From positions 141,298,001-141,362,000 of the forward strand of contig CM097884.1 of the NCBI GenBank assembly GCA_044892505.1: 64,000 bases of DNA. The letters run 5' to 3'. Under the pieces are notes generated by a model. The model did no database searches. It was not told the origin of the DNA and saw only the letters and a program-made list of their open reading frames with translations. A program made the translations under genes and the position numbers. How positions within the stretch are numbered: the first letter of the stretch is position 1; each line of letters opens with the position of its first letter. Source of the DNA: Schmidtea nova (taxonomy: Eukaryota). This document shows positions 48,301 through 60,367 of this stretch, in pieces.

Positions 48301-49169
48301 ATTTTTCATTATTTTATGACAATTCTTTTTGGGCTGGTGAAATCAAAAATAAATTTTGTGTGAATTTATCAAAAATTAATATATACAAAAGGGAACAACT
48401 TTAAAAACGCACAATAAAGCATTACGCAGTAGAATAACGCAAAAGAAAATAAAACAGTAAAGTACAATAGTGATCATACGAACCGCATTTTATAAGTCGG
48501 TAGAGATAGGGCTCAAACGATAGAAAATAGGCATCTCAAAAGAGAGCTCACAATTTGAGTGCAGGTCGCATTTACATACGAAGGACAGCACGAGAATTGA
48601 ATGGAGAAGATCATGATCGAAGAATAAAATTGATATCAGAATAAAGAAAATAATTTATTAAAAATTATGGAAAAAATCCCAATTGAAATATCGTAAAAAT
48701 AACAGGGATAGGAATAAAATAGAATCAAGTTAAATTTGATTGTTTTAATCAATCAATTAATATACAAAAACAATGGATAAACATATCATTTAACGGAATT
48801 AAAAAGAAATATTTTAGAAATAAATAAATTGAATTATAAAATTAAATTTACAAATAATAAATAAATAATCATTTATTAAAAACAATAAGTGAGATTAATT
48901 GTAAAAAAATTGATTGAATAATGATAACATGTGTAGGCGTCAGTAGATTTAATATAAATAGACGCAAAAATCACAATGAGTTAGTTAGTTTGTAGTCGCG
49001 TGGATGAGTAGATTTGTTTTGTAATTGGTAAAGAATATTGAATTTGACTATGTTTATTGTAAAGTTGTATATTTAAAATTGAAATTTTAGATTTTGGCTA
49101 TTTGCTGGTAAATCCTCATAAGCACCGGGTAAAAATCCATAAGTGCACATCCCGACAGTCTAACGACCC

Positions 49170-49900
49170 GACGGACGCTAAGTTAGATTCATATAACTAG
49201 TACTACAATTATAAATTTCAAAATCCTGAGAATATCTTTCACGATAATCAATTCCTTTCGATAAAGTTAATGATTTAACATTAAAGTGATCATATATAGA
49301 ATAAGTTTCTGTAAATGAACCAGTATGTCCTTTATTTCCTTCAAATTCAACAAGAATAAAGTTTGGTAAACGCCTATCACCAAATATTTGTTCCTTATAA
49401 AACGAGGAAGATCCAATCGGTAATGAAAATTCTACAACTTTGCTTCTTAAAGGATAAATTGCATTTATTGTACTAAGTCCAATTTGATGCCCTGCTAAAA
49501 CTGATGGTTAACACGAACTCTTCGAACTAATAATTTTGCGTCTAAAATTCAATTAAAGGTTCAATCTTTGTACACGTTAAACTATTAGTTGGGTTAGATC
49601 TTATCAACTTAATTTGAACACTGACATCAGGTAATAAATACTTTGGTTGTTCCATAAAATCGAAATGCAAAGGAGAACATAATGAAAAATTTTTTGATTT
49701 GGCAATCCACATTTTTCTTGTTTGTTTATGATTATTATACCCTAGTGTACTTAAAAAAGTATGTTTCGTGTCCTTATTAGTAGAAGGCTATGAGCCGACT
49801 GAACCACTTCCCCATGAGTTCATTACGTAATAGATCGGACTTTGTATATCACACATGCTTACATAATCATTACATAATATTCTGGTACCTGTTTTTACGT
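49170..49900 (-). pseudogene. Polinton major capsid protein (double jelly-roll), fragment
   Basis: KNFSLCSPLHFDFMEQPKYLLPDVSVQIKLIRS...LAGHQIGL..AIYPLRSKVVEFSLPIG..LPNFILV..HFNV. Confidence 0.8.
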
Positions 49901-50134
49901 AATATTTTTCGGCCTTTTGCATAACACAGAGTTATGATATCATATTTACGTATTCGAGGTCAAGGTCATTTAAAGGTCAAAGGTCAAGGTCACTTTTGTT
50001 TAAATATTTTGGCGCAATTTTCAAAAGTTTTAAAATTTTTAATAATATTTTTTATTAATAGTTTATAAGTATTATTTTATTTAAGATTATTTTTATTAAC
50101 TATTTTTACTAATATTTATTACTACTATTTTCCA

Positions 50135-50181
<47 letters not shown>

Positions 50182-50919
50182 TTTATATTATGTAACCATA
50201 GTTTCAAAGAATTATTACCAAGAATTATTTCCCAAATTATAAAAACAGACTGAAACTAATCTGTACAATATATAACTTAATAAATGAAAACAATAAAAAA
50301 CAAAGTTTTAACAACAAATTTTGTTCAATAAAACTGTTTCTTTTTCAGTTGGATTTTGAAATTGTTGATCTGTATTGATTCTTGGATCGGTATGTTGAAA
50401 TATAACCAAGTCACCTCCCATATAATGGCCATATGCCAAGCTTTTTTTTTGCTACCCATTTCCATTTATCATCTGCGTTTTTCAGTGTAGTGAGATTCAT
50501 AACCAAGGCATTTGACGTAATATTGTTTATTTTTACTTGCAGTTTTAGTTTTTAAAATATTTTCAATTCTAAAGACCAATAGTTGAGAAATAATTTGTAA
50601 TTGGCTCCTATTTATTCGCTATGTATTTTTTACTAAACGCTATGTATTTTATTAGTGCCTTTATGTATTTTTTCTAAGTAAATATTTATAAAATGCTAAG
50701 TATTATATTAATTATATAAGTAAAAAAATAGAATTCATTAGGTATTTAATTATTTTATTATAGGTAATGTTAAGTTTATCAAAAGAGATAGACATAATTT
50801 GAATTTTTATTTATTACAATTATCTACTTATATAAACAAATTTTACTTGTTTATATATATTTTAAATAAGTTTGGAATTAATTAACAAAATGAGTTAATT
50901 AAATCCAACATAACTCCCC

Positions 50920-52557
50920 TCAAAGATTGGGTTCCGGCTCTATTGTTGCTCGCAGTCGATCAGCAGACACGATTTTATTTTTGTCGTTTATTGATATTTT
51001 GAATGTCTTGAGGTCTGGCGATCTTTCCACTACTTTAAACGGACCATCATATGGAAGATCGAGCCCTTTGGTGATTGGCTTCTGTAACCACACCCTGGTG
51101 CATGTGGCCAGTTCTTTCTGTATGAAACTGTTTTGTTTTGAATCTATCTTCTTTTCTTTTGGTATGGGATTGTAGATGGTTGGGATATTGGATTCTTCTT
51201 CGTCAACTTCTGATGTTATGATCGATAAATCGCCAGGTAATCTGAGTTTCGTTCCAAACACGAGTTCAGCTGGTGATGGTGAGTTATCTGAGGTGCAACA
51301 GCTGCGTAAACCTAGTAGTACTGTCGGGAGATCATGAGCCCACGTTTTATTTGCGTCTGCCGCATGAGCCTTGAGCGAGTTCTTGAGACTTCTATGCCAT
51401 CTTTCTACCTTCCCATTGCATTGTGGATGGTATGCTGTGGTTCGTCTATGTTCAATGCCCATATTTCTGCAAAAATTGTTAAATAAGGTAGATTCAAATT
51501 GCAACCCTTGATCACTGATGATAACTTCAGGTACACCGTATCTACTTATCCATTCTCTATTCAGTATTGTTACCACGTTAGAACTTGAGATTTCGTTAAT
51601 TGGAATGGCTTCCCCCCACGACGTTGATCTATCAATCATTGTAAGCATGAATCTCTTATTGCTTACTGGGGGTAATGGTCCTACGAGATCAATGTGAATG
51701 GTTTTGAATCGCCCAGTTGTTGGAATATCCATGAGAGGGGTCTTAGTATGACGGCTTATCTTTGATTGTTGACATTTCTGACACTGACGATTCCAAGTTC
51801 TAATATCAGATCGCATTTTTGGCCAAACATATCTTGATGCTAATAATCGCATCATTGGTTTGTAACCAGGATGTGAGATGTTGTGTAGCCTTTGAAATTC
51901 CTGGAATCTGAGTGATGTAGGAAGGATGATTCTCGGCTTCACCAGACTGATATCTACAAGGATACCATCTTTAGATTCACATAGATCCAGTGAAGTCATC
52001 TTTAGGTTTGCTAATAACTTGTCGGACTTTTGTTCTGTTAGGAGCTTTGCATTATCAAAGGTATTGATTGCTTCAATCTGGATCATGTCTATCTCCATAG
52101 AATGTTGTCTTGATAGAAGGTCAGCAGTTGCATTCTCTTTACCTTTAATATATTCGATCTTGAAGGTAAACTGAGAGAGATGTTCAATGATTCTCCATTG
52201 TCTTGTAGATGGCTCTTTCATCGACATTATGTGAATGAGTGGCTTGTGGTCAGTATTTATTGTGAATGAAGAGGCTAGGAGATAGTGTTTGAAGTGTTTC
52301 GTTGCAAGTTGTATTGCCAGAAGTTCCCTGTCAAATGTCGAATATTTTATTTCGGATTTGGATAGCTTCTGAGAATAAAATGCGATTGGTATTAAACGAT
52401 TTTCTGTATCTGTTTGATTTAGGCTTGCTCCAACGGCTACTGATGATGCATCCGTGCATAGTGTGAATGGCCTGGATGGGTCTGGATATCCAGTAGGCAC
52501 TGCTCTGCATAGGGCTGCTTTAGCTTGTTCAAATGCTCTATCATGGATTTCGTTCCA
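50920..52557 (-). CDS. Gypsy RNase H-integrase open frame, with no ATG upstream of RNase H
   Basis: WNEIHDRAFEQAK, TDASSVAVG, TDHKPL, ADLLSR, HHCC, HIDLVGP, SDQG and NGKVERWHR. Confidence 0.9.
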   Translation of the reverse strand, partial: WNEIHDRAFEQAKAALCRAVPTGYPDPSRPFTLCTDASSVAVGASLNQTDTENRLIPIAFYSQKLSKSEIKYSTFDRELLAIQLATKHFKHYLLASSFTINTDHKPLIHIMSMKEPSTRQWRIIEHLSQFTFKIEYIKGKENATADLLSRQHSMEIDMIQIEAINTFDNAKLLTEQKSDKLLANLKMTSLDLCESKDGILVDISLVKPRIILPTSLRFQEFQRLHNISHPGYKPMMRLLASRYVWPKMRSDIRTWNRQCQKCQQSKISRHTKTPLMDIPTTGRFKTIHIDLVGPLPPVSNKRFMLTMIDRSTSWGEAIPINEISSSNVVTILNREWISRYGVPEVIISDQGLQFESTLFNNFCRNMGIEHRRTTAYHPQCNGKVERWHRSLKNSLKAHAADANKTWAHDLPTVLLGLRSCCTSDNSPSPAELVFGTKLRLPGDLSIITSEVDEEESNIPTIYNPIPKEKKIDSKQNSFIQKELATCTRVWLQKPITKGLDLPYDGPFKVVERSPDLKTFKISINDKNKIVSADRLRATIEPEPNL

Positions 52558-52637
52558 AACACGAGTTCAGCTGGTGATGGTGAGTTATCTGAGGTGCAAC
52601 AGCTGCGTAAACCTAGTAGTACTGTCGGGAGATCATG

Positions 52638-52655
52638 ATCCCACTTCTGACACCA
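52638..52655 (-). promoter_or_regulatory. Primer binding site for tRNA-Leu
   Basis: TGGTGTCAGAAGTGGGAT is complementary to the conserved eukaryotic tRNA-Leu(CAG/CAA) 3' end AUCCCACUUCUGACACCA. Confidence 0.88.
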
Positions 52656-52954
52656 TTGTTAAGTTTATCAAAAGAGATAGACATAATTTGAATTTTTATT
52701 TATTACAATTATCTACTTATATAAACAAATTTTACTTGTTTATATATATTTTAAATAAGTTTGGAATTAATTAACAAAATGAGTTAATTAAATCCAACAG
52801 GTAATATTTTTAATTTTTATAAGTATAAAAATACAAAAACTAAGTAAAACAATGAAAAATTCATAAGAATAAACAAAAAGTGACACAATAAAAAAATCCA
52901 TAAAAATAGAAAGACTATTTCACAAAGACTATTAAAAAAATATTTGAAATTATT

Positions 52955-53839
52955 GTTTTAAAAAGGCTTTTTTAGCTTTAGTTGGTCTTCCTCTTGGTAG
53001 TTTACTTCCAATAGAAGTATTCTTAGCTACTGCCAGTACTTTGCAATATTTAAATCTGATTGAAATGTCGACAACATGCTTGCAAATAAATTTTTTTTAA
53101 ATGCTGGACAATTGCACTGACCGTCGGCCCAATTGGCTTTATCTTTTGGTAAATTATTGCGCCAAACAGTAAAAGCTCGCTTCGTAAATTGATCGAATGT
53201 TGTCCAGCGCATTTTTTCAACTTTGTCAATGTCTTCTTGAGTTATAGTTGCGTCACTAGCTGAAACATAGTAGTTTGTCGACTGTTCTTGGGGCACTGAA
53301 AGAATTGCTTTGCTTTCTTTAGCCCATTGATAAGACTGTGTCCATAATGCTGTGTCGATTGATTGTTTTGTAATAAACTCCTTCAGACTTCGAGAATATG
53401 CTAGTGACCACTTTTTAACAATATCTAAAGCTTGTTTGCTAAATCTAGATAATGGCGTGCGCTCTCTAATAGTTTCTTCGTCTTTAAGAACTCGATTATT
53501 TGACTCTAGATTATTGTAAGTACTTGGCGTGAAGGGCATGTATCCTTCATACAAAGTATTGTGTGTCGTAAGCCACATCATATTCATATAGTCTAAAAAC
53601 TCAGTCGCTTTTTTTTGTCTCCATTTTTTAACAAATAGAGAACTTGCTTTTTCAAAAGAGTAACTCCATATCTTCTCTTCTTTAATTGCATTTTTTGCTT
53701 CTTCAGCCCTTTTAAATACTTTTTCATGAGTCCAAACTTTGGACACTTTTTTGGCTCGTGGTTTCTTTAAACTTGTAACTTCAACATAAAACTCAAGATC
53801 AGACTGATAATCTTCAACTTCTGCAAAATTATTAGCCAT
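52955..53839 (-). pseudogene. MULE transposase remnant with SWIM finger and RGRP tail; DDE core largely deleted
   Basis: PSTYNNLESNNRVLK, CNCPAFKKN then frameshifted CKHVV, and LPRGRPTKAKKA. Confidence 0.85.
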
Positions 53840-55379
53840 TATAAGTTCAGTATTTGTTTTAATTTTGTTTATAATAAATAAATATTTGGGCTTATAATTA
53901 TTCAGAAACTTGGATAATAAATTAAATCAGATCACATGAAAAAAAGACTTTAACAAAATGATTAGAGTTCTAAGACTTTACGTAAAAAAACATACCGCTT
54001 TATTGAAAGTTTGTAATAATTGTCGAAAAAAATAAGATCTAAGAACATCTTAGAAAAAATTAAGATTTATTGATGGATTTTATTAATTGACATATCGTTT
54101 ATTTTATTTTACTTATAACTTGTTTTCTTGACTTGGCATTTATTTATTTTACATAGTTTTTAATTAATTACTTAGCGAATGTATTAAATATCTAGAATTA
54201 ATTAATTAACATAGAAGTGTTTTACTCTACTGATACTGTGTATTTATCGACATAGAAAGTGTTTATAAAATACATAGCGTTTAGTAAAAAATACATAGCG
54301 AATAAATAGTTCTCTTTGTAATTCCTGTTTAAAGAATTTACCACTGATTTCGTTGTTTTCATAATCTTTAATAAAGTACATTAAAGGATTCTGTTTAATA
54401 TCAATCATCGCTCCAATTACTTTGGAAATTTTTATAAATGGAGAAGTACTAATTTGAACATGATCTTCTATTCTATATTTAGCTTTTTTAGATTTTTGGA
54501 CTTTACTCTTGATTTTGAAATTTTTCTATATCAACTGGTCTCAATCCATTTAATCCTCGAAGGGCGAATGATTGTAACTAAAAATAATTTTTGGTAAAAC
54601 ATTAATCCAAAGTTTTTTTCATTGATACCCAAAATATTTTTCAATAAATCTCTCAAATTACGATTAAATCTTTCTTCGTGTGCTGCTTTGTATTAAAAAA
54701 ATACCAAGTAATGATTCTTTAATTTTTTCTTTTACCTTACTATTATAAAATTCTTTACCTAAATTTTAATTAATTTATAAATTAAATAAAAAAATTTATC
54801 ATACCTAAATCGGTTTGTAAATATTTAGGACGACCATCGGCAAATAAAGAATCTATTGCTTCAGCCATTTCATCAGCAGATTTAGTTCTAGTTGGCACTG
54901 CACGTACATATCTACTAAAAACATCAATGCAAGTAAAGATATATTTATATCCTTTATTTATTTTAGAGTAAAGAATCATTTCCATCAAATCCATCTGCCA
55001 TAAATCATTGATACCAATTGTTTTGTATCTTCTTGTAGGAAATCTTTTCAACATTGGCTTATTTAAACTGTATGCCAATTGACTAGATAACAATTTTTTG
55101 GTTTCTTCCATTGAATTAGTTTTATCTTTTTGAAAGTTTTTCTTAAATCACCAAAACCATCTGGATCCTTTGGATTTGTCCATATTAAATTGAGATTTTT
55201 CTCTAATATTTTCTTTTTCAATATTTTCTTTATGGATAATTTACTTTTTTGATTAATGTTTCTTTCATTATTACAACAAGATGTTAGTATATTTAAGTCT
55301 AAATTATGTTTATCCGTTAATGAATTCTTGGTACCCATAAATAAGATACTGTTTTTAAAATACTTATGAATTTAATGAT

Positions 55380-55560
55380 GAAATTGCACTTATTGTCGAT
55401 GGAACTATTGGAAATAATGTACCAAGAAAGCCGCCATTTTGTTTATATATTATTTTTCGCATGAGATTTCGATTCTCCGAGTTAACTAATGATAAAAGAT
55501 ATCTCTTATGTTTGTTGGGCAAAAACTGAGGTTTGTTTAAATAGCGCTGTATTACAACCT
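55380..55560 (-). pseudogene. Small Polinton ORF with QxGGFL motif
   Basis: RNLMRKIIYKQNGGFLGTLFPIV upstream of the integrase. A similar LQKHGGL occurs at about 59320. Confidence 0.5.
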
Positions 55561-58500
55561 AGTAGAGAACGCGCAAGAAGTGGATTTGAAATTTTATGAA
55601 ATCCAAAAACACTAAGTACAACCCAGTAACAGCATAACACATGGAATAATCGATTAGAAACGTAGAAAAATCGAAACGAATAAAAGCGCGGTGAATGTAT
55701 ATGCGAAAAACACATGTATAGAGTGAAAATATCATTTGTGTAATAGAATAATACATTGGGAGAAATTAACGCGTTTTCTGAAGGAAAATTCTTTAATTTT
55801 AGTGTAAAAATTCAAAAAGTACGAAGGAAAATTTATTTAGTTAGCAATTATGATAAATCAATTAAATTAGGAAAGAATTGGATTAAAAATGGAATTTTAG
55901 ATAAAAAATAAATTATTTTGAGTTTATTTAAAATTTTTTGCAAAAATAATAATTCAATTTTGAGTAAAATTATTAAAATTAATTTTCAAGAATCGAAAAT
56001 TCCTTCTGGGACAATTTGTTTTAATACACCAAATAAAATACCAATTCAAGCAACTATATATACCGCCATCAAAATGGATTAGATCAGAATTTTGTTACTA
56101 CTAACTGGTGAAATTTTCTCTAAGCAGACATCTGCGAAAATTTCATTCGTAATCTTTACCAAGTCAAGAAGTTGCAAAAATATTTCTGCCGGACCAAGAA
56201 TTAGCAGGAATTCCTGAAATTTTCATACGAACAACAAATTCCTTCCGAGTTAAGTCGAATTATTTCCAAGGCGGAGCTTCACGAAGGAAGATACTTTATC
56301 ATCGGAATCAGACGAGTGCGCAAAAAAAAGTAGTAGTTTGGCCAAGCGCAAGGTTTGTTCAAAATAAAATTATTTATATTATAATATCGTAGTTTTTTTT
56401 TATTTATATATAAAATCTGACTCATAAATATTAAAATGTTGAACGCTAAAAGATGCTAGAAAACATGCAATTTTCGTAATTTCACCTTCGTCCTAATCAG
56501 TGCTTTTTCGTGTCGCTCACAAATGAATTTGTAAATCATCGGAAAACTACGATTGAAAATCGTGCTATCATCAACTACAAAAGAAATACTCAGAATATAT
56601 TAAACCACATCGAGTAAAAGTTGGAGGTCAAATTGAATTTTATATGATATAAAAAGAATTTTAAAAATGAAAATTTAGTTTTATTTCTAAACCTAATTTC
56701 GGGTATTCAAAGCGAAGCGTTCCAAAAAATTTACGTGCGCTTTTCTTGAAGAATTCGCGTACAAACGGGGTTTGGCTTACAAAGAATCTGTTTTTTGAAA
56801 ATATTAATTGCTAAAAGGTGTTGAAATTTGATTATATGATAATGAAGGAAATTTGGATTTCAGAAAATTTTAGTACTTTATAAATTTTATTGAATTATTC
56901 TTATATTGCAATTTTATTATAAATGTTATTGAATTATTCTTATTTTATAATTTTATTATAAATTTTATATCATGGATTTATTATAATTTTTATTGTGAAA
57001 ATTAGAAATTAAAATACGAAAATGTAAAAAATTAAATTTTAAGTTTTAAATATTACATACAATTTTGCTAAAAACTCAAAAATTGATTTCATATTAAACT
57101 AGAAATTAAATTATAAAAAGGTTCATAAAAATTCTAAAATATAGATATAAATCTATATAATCATAAAATTCGTAATTCATTACATCAAAATAACCAAAAT
57201 TAACCCACAAAATCCACTTTGCAAATCAAAACATCCATTTCATTCATTAGTAACATCCATATATAATACCATACAAAAATTCATTCAAACATCAACACAC
57301 ATACTATATTGTTTCACCTATCTGCATCAAACGCCCATAAAATACACACCCAAAATTCATTTAATAACACGTGTCTGCATCATACATCCAGAATTCATAC
57401 AGGCACTCACTTAATCACATCCATATCTACCTCGTTTAATTCATCTAACAATCCATTCAACATACAATCACACGAAATTATAACAATAGTGTCCGTCTCA
57501 AACTTACAATAACATATAAATCCTGAAAAATTTATAATATATGCATCAAAGCAAACATACATGCCACCACACAATAATTACATTTTACATCATTAATCCA
57601 TCACAAGACGTAACAATCCCTATTGTAAGCGATTTCCCATCCAAATATAAATTCGCATGAAACCCACCTAGTAATATGACCCAAAATTCTCACCCACCCT
57701 GATAACTTACCCCATGTGCAAATGGAAATTTTTAGAATGGAAAGCGGAACTCAATTTAATTTCAAAAGGAGATATAATCTATCTGATAAGTAATGAAGGA
57801 GCGGATAATTTATTAAACCATATACTTATCTTGGTGATGAAATTGTGATCCTTCGAAAACGTTCTGCGAAAAGGGTTTAACACGCAAAACGCCTTATCGT
57901 ATTGATTAAAGGGTAGTTTTAACCATCTGATTACTTTCACGATTCACAAAATTCATTAATTTTTCTAAATTAGGTGCAAAACCAAATTAAAATGTAAGAG
58001 ATACATAATGAGTTAAGAAAACACCGAATAAATATTATTTACTAACGTAATAATAAAATACGAGTTAACAAGTTTCAGCAAAATATAAATAATAAGTCTT
58101 AACAAGTTTTACTAAAATAAAACCGAACTAAAGAGTTCGTTTGGGTAGTTAGGTAATGACGAAATTTACTTTTGCAGAAAATCAGAAAGGAAGATTGAAA
58201 TGAGGAAGCATGAAATATCCATGGAGAAATTCGCATAGTAGTAAATTTCCAAGAATTGATATATTGATAATAACAACGAATGTCCACCGAAAAGTTTCAC
58301 AAAAAATTGATAGTTGAGTATTTCCTTCGTCTGTGATAGTGGTAGAATCGTCGAGGATACCGGAAATAGGTTTACTAAAGGGAATTCCGAGTTAATTTTT
58401 TTCCAAAAATAGAAATGCAAAATCGATAATCTGATTATAGGAAATAAAATCAGTGTATTATGAACGGACCAATTAAAAGTAGTGAATCTTGAAACCCGTT

Positions 58501-59019
58501 TATATAGATTTCCTTTGCAGAGCTTGTAGTTAATGAAATATTGTCGGGAAACGTTGAGGTTCGATTTCCTAATTTGCAATTTATTCTAAAATCTGAAAAC
58601 AACATTAAATTCTTAATCGTAAATAAACTTTTTAAGCTAAAATTAACATAATATTGGAAAAATCCACACAGTTACCTGTTGTTAGGGACGTGGCAAGAAT
58701 TTAAAAGCTATAATAATTAAATTTTTATAAGAGTTATATCACAAAGTTAGAGCAAGTTAGACATTAGGTATAGGGGATAAATGGAGTTTAATTAAATTTA
58801 CGAACACAAAATTATAGAAAATTAAAAACATCAGGAGTATAATAGTAGTTTAGTCAAAAACAATAAAATTTAAATACCCCAAGTATAGGTGATGATAAAA
58901 GATTATTCGATCCCCGAATTGAGTTGCGATGATATGTTTGAGTATGAGCTTGTGAATATTCTTGTGTATTTGGATAATACCGTGTATAATGATTAATTGG
59001 GACAAATTAATAAATTTTT

Positions 59020-59330
59020 ATCGATGAAATTATTTCATTTTGCTAATTTAAAATAGATATCTGCAGTTAAATTGTGTAAGAAGGGACAAAATGGGCATTA
59101 AACCTTCTATCGGTAGCCCTTGGACACCAGGAGATATTCGCTCAATCATAGTTTCGAATTTTCGACGCTCAGTGATTGCGAATACCCACCCATTTGTAGC
59201 ATTACCAACGTTACATTGTGACGGGCAACAAGATGGTTAATCTAATGTTTTGTATGTTGAGTTGTTGATGTGAGTCATAGTAACGTCAAGGTCATATTGA
59301 CGATCAACAACCCACCATGTTTTTGTAATA
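59020..59330 (-). pseudogene. Unassigned Polinton-associated ORF (homologues at 42870-43130 and 40980-41120)
   Basis: VGNATNGWVFAITERRKFETMIERI versus VGTVTNGCKFA..ETIIDRM. Confidence 0.5.
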
Positions 59331-59708
59331 CAAGTTTTTTAGTTTTATTTATATTTACATTTCTACGAACGACATTAGCAATAACTTCAAGTTAATCATC
59401 AATAACATATGAAGGAAAAGCTTGTAAAATATTCATTCTTTGATTATTAGATGTTTTCATTAAATCATTAAGATATGGAAAACTACGATCTAATCTAATT
59501 TTCATTATTATTTTTCAAAATTTACATTGTTTATAATTTGATACAATTATTTGTAGTTTTTAATAAGTTTTATTTTTCTTTTCAAATTTTACTTTACTTT
59601 TATGTGCATTTTTCTTTGTAAAATTATTCTTTGAAACCTTTTTTCGTTGCATTAAAACTTTTTTAAAAGCCATTTTAATTAATAAATTTAGTTATTTTAA
59701 CTTTGTTT

Positions 59709-60325
59709 TTAAACTGATACACCTTTCTCATTGAAAATATCTGATCTAATCCGTAAATCATCAGGACATTGTTGAGTAAAATCAAAAAAGGTATATATGG
59801 GGAGATTTTGTTGCATCTTGAAATGAATCTAATAAAAATTTTCTATCGTTAAGATAAGCTTGCCTTGCAAGAAAATTAAATATTGTTGCATTTCTAGTAT
59901 TTTTAAAAATAATCAAGTATTGAACATTCAAACTACGGGTTTGATGGTTTCCACGTTGATGAAATAAATTTTGTGTTATAAAAATAACTGTAACTCCAAG
60001 ATGTCTACTAATCTTTGTAAATAAATTGTTAAAATCATTTTCTTAATTTGCTTCTTGATACAAATCATCAATAATTATAATATCACCTTTAGATAATCTA
60101 GATGAACATTTTTTATCGAATTCATTTATAACTGGCATTTTTAATTTACACATTTTTTCTTGAGTATGACCCTGATCTTCATATGCTACTCTAATTCAAT
60201 ATAGTTTGTTGAATTTAAATTTAAACATGTTTGATTGCAATAAATTACAAAAAAATAAAGTTTTCCCTCTACCACTAGGTCCCACTACTTAATATACTGC
60301 ATCATTTCTTAATTCAATTTAAATT
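59709..60325 (-). pseudogene. Polinton packaging ATPase (A32/FtsK-like)
   Basis: Walker A VVGPSGRGKT, Walker B IIIIDDL, LFTKISRH, IFITQNLF and RSLNVQYLIIFKN. Confidence 0.93.
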
Positions 60326-60367
60326 TGTTACTTTAGTTAATCCATTTGTTTATATTTGTTAATTAAA

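Larger units (their letters stand above)
50768..52799 (-). mobile_element. Internally deleted Ty3/Gypsy element (2032 bp)
   Basis: Identical 143-bp TG..CA LTRs at 50768-50910 and 52657-52799. TSD GGTAA. PPT GAGGGGAG. 18-nt PBS. No gag, PR or RT. Confidence 0.97.
50603..54314 (-). mobile_element. MULE (Mutator-like) element, internally deleted, hosting a Gypsy derivative
   Basis: 9-bp TSD TTTGTAATT at 50594-50602 and 54315-54323. 45-bp identical TIR core at 50608-50652 and 54265-54309. Confidence 0.93.
50465..55190 (-). pseudogene. Polinton integrase with C-terminal chromo-like domain. Split by a MULE (50603-54314) and containing a 46-nt intron (54804-54759).
   Basis: IWTNPKDPDGFG, LWQMDL, CIDVFSRY, spliced QTDLG^KEFYN and EERFNRNL. 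Removing the MULE restores GKFFKQELQ/IISQLLVFRIENILKTK..QYYVKCLGY in frame. Confidence 0.9.

Noticed and set aside
9928-52774. Antisense ORFs overlapping transposase and pol genes (for example 9928-10341, 41678-41914, 50927-51175, 51926-52174, 52454-52774)
   Set aside because: They are shadow frames of real coding sequence with no independent motifs.
60281-60289. AGTAGTGGGA on minus, resembling a fifth Polinton terminus
   Set aside because: It encodes the ATPase Walker A (VVGPSGRGKT) and lacks the GAT-K-TG box.
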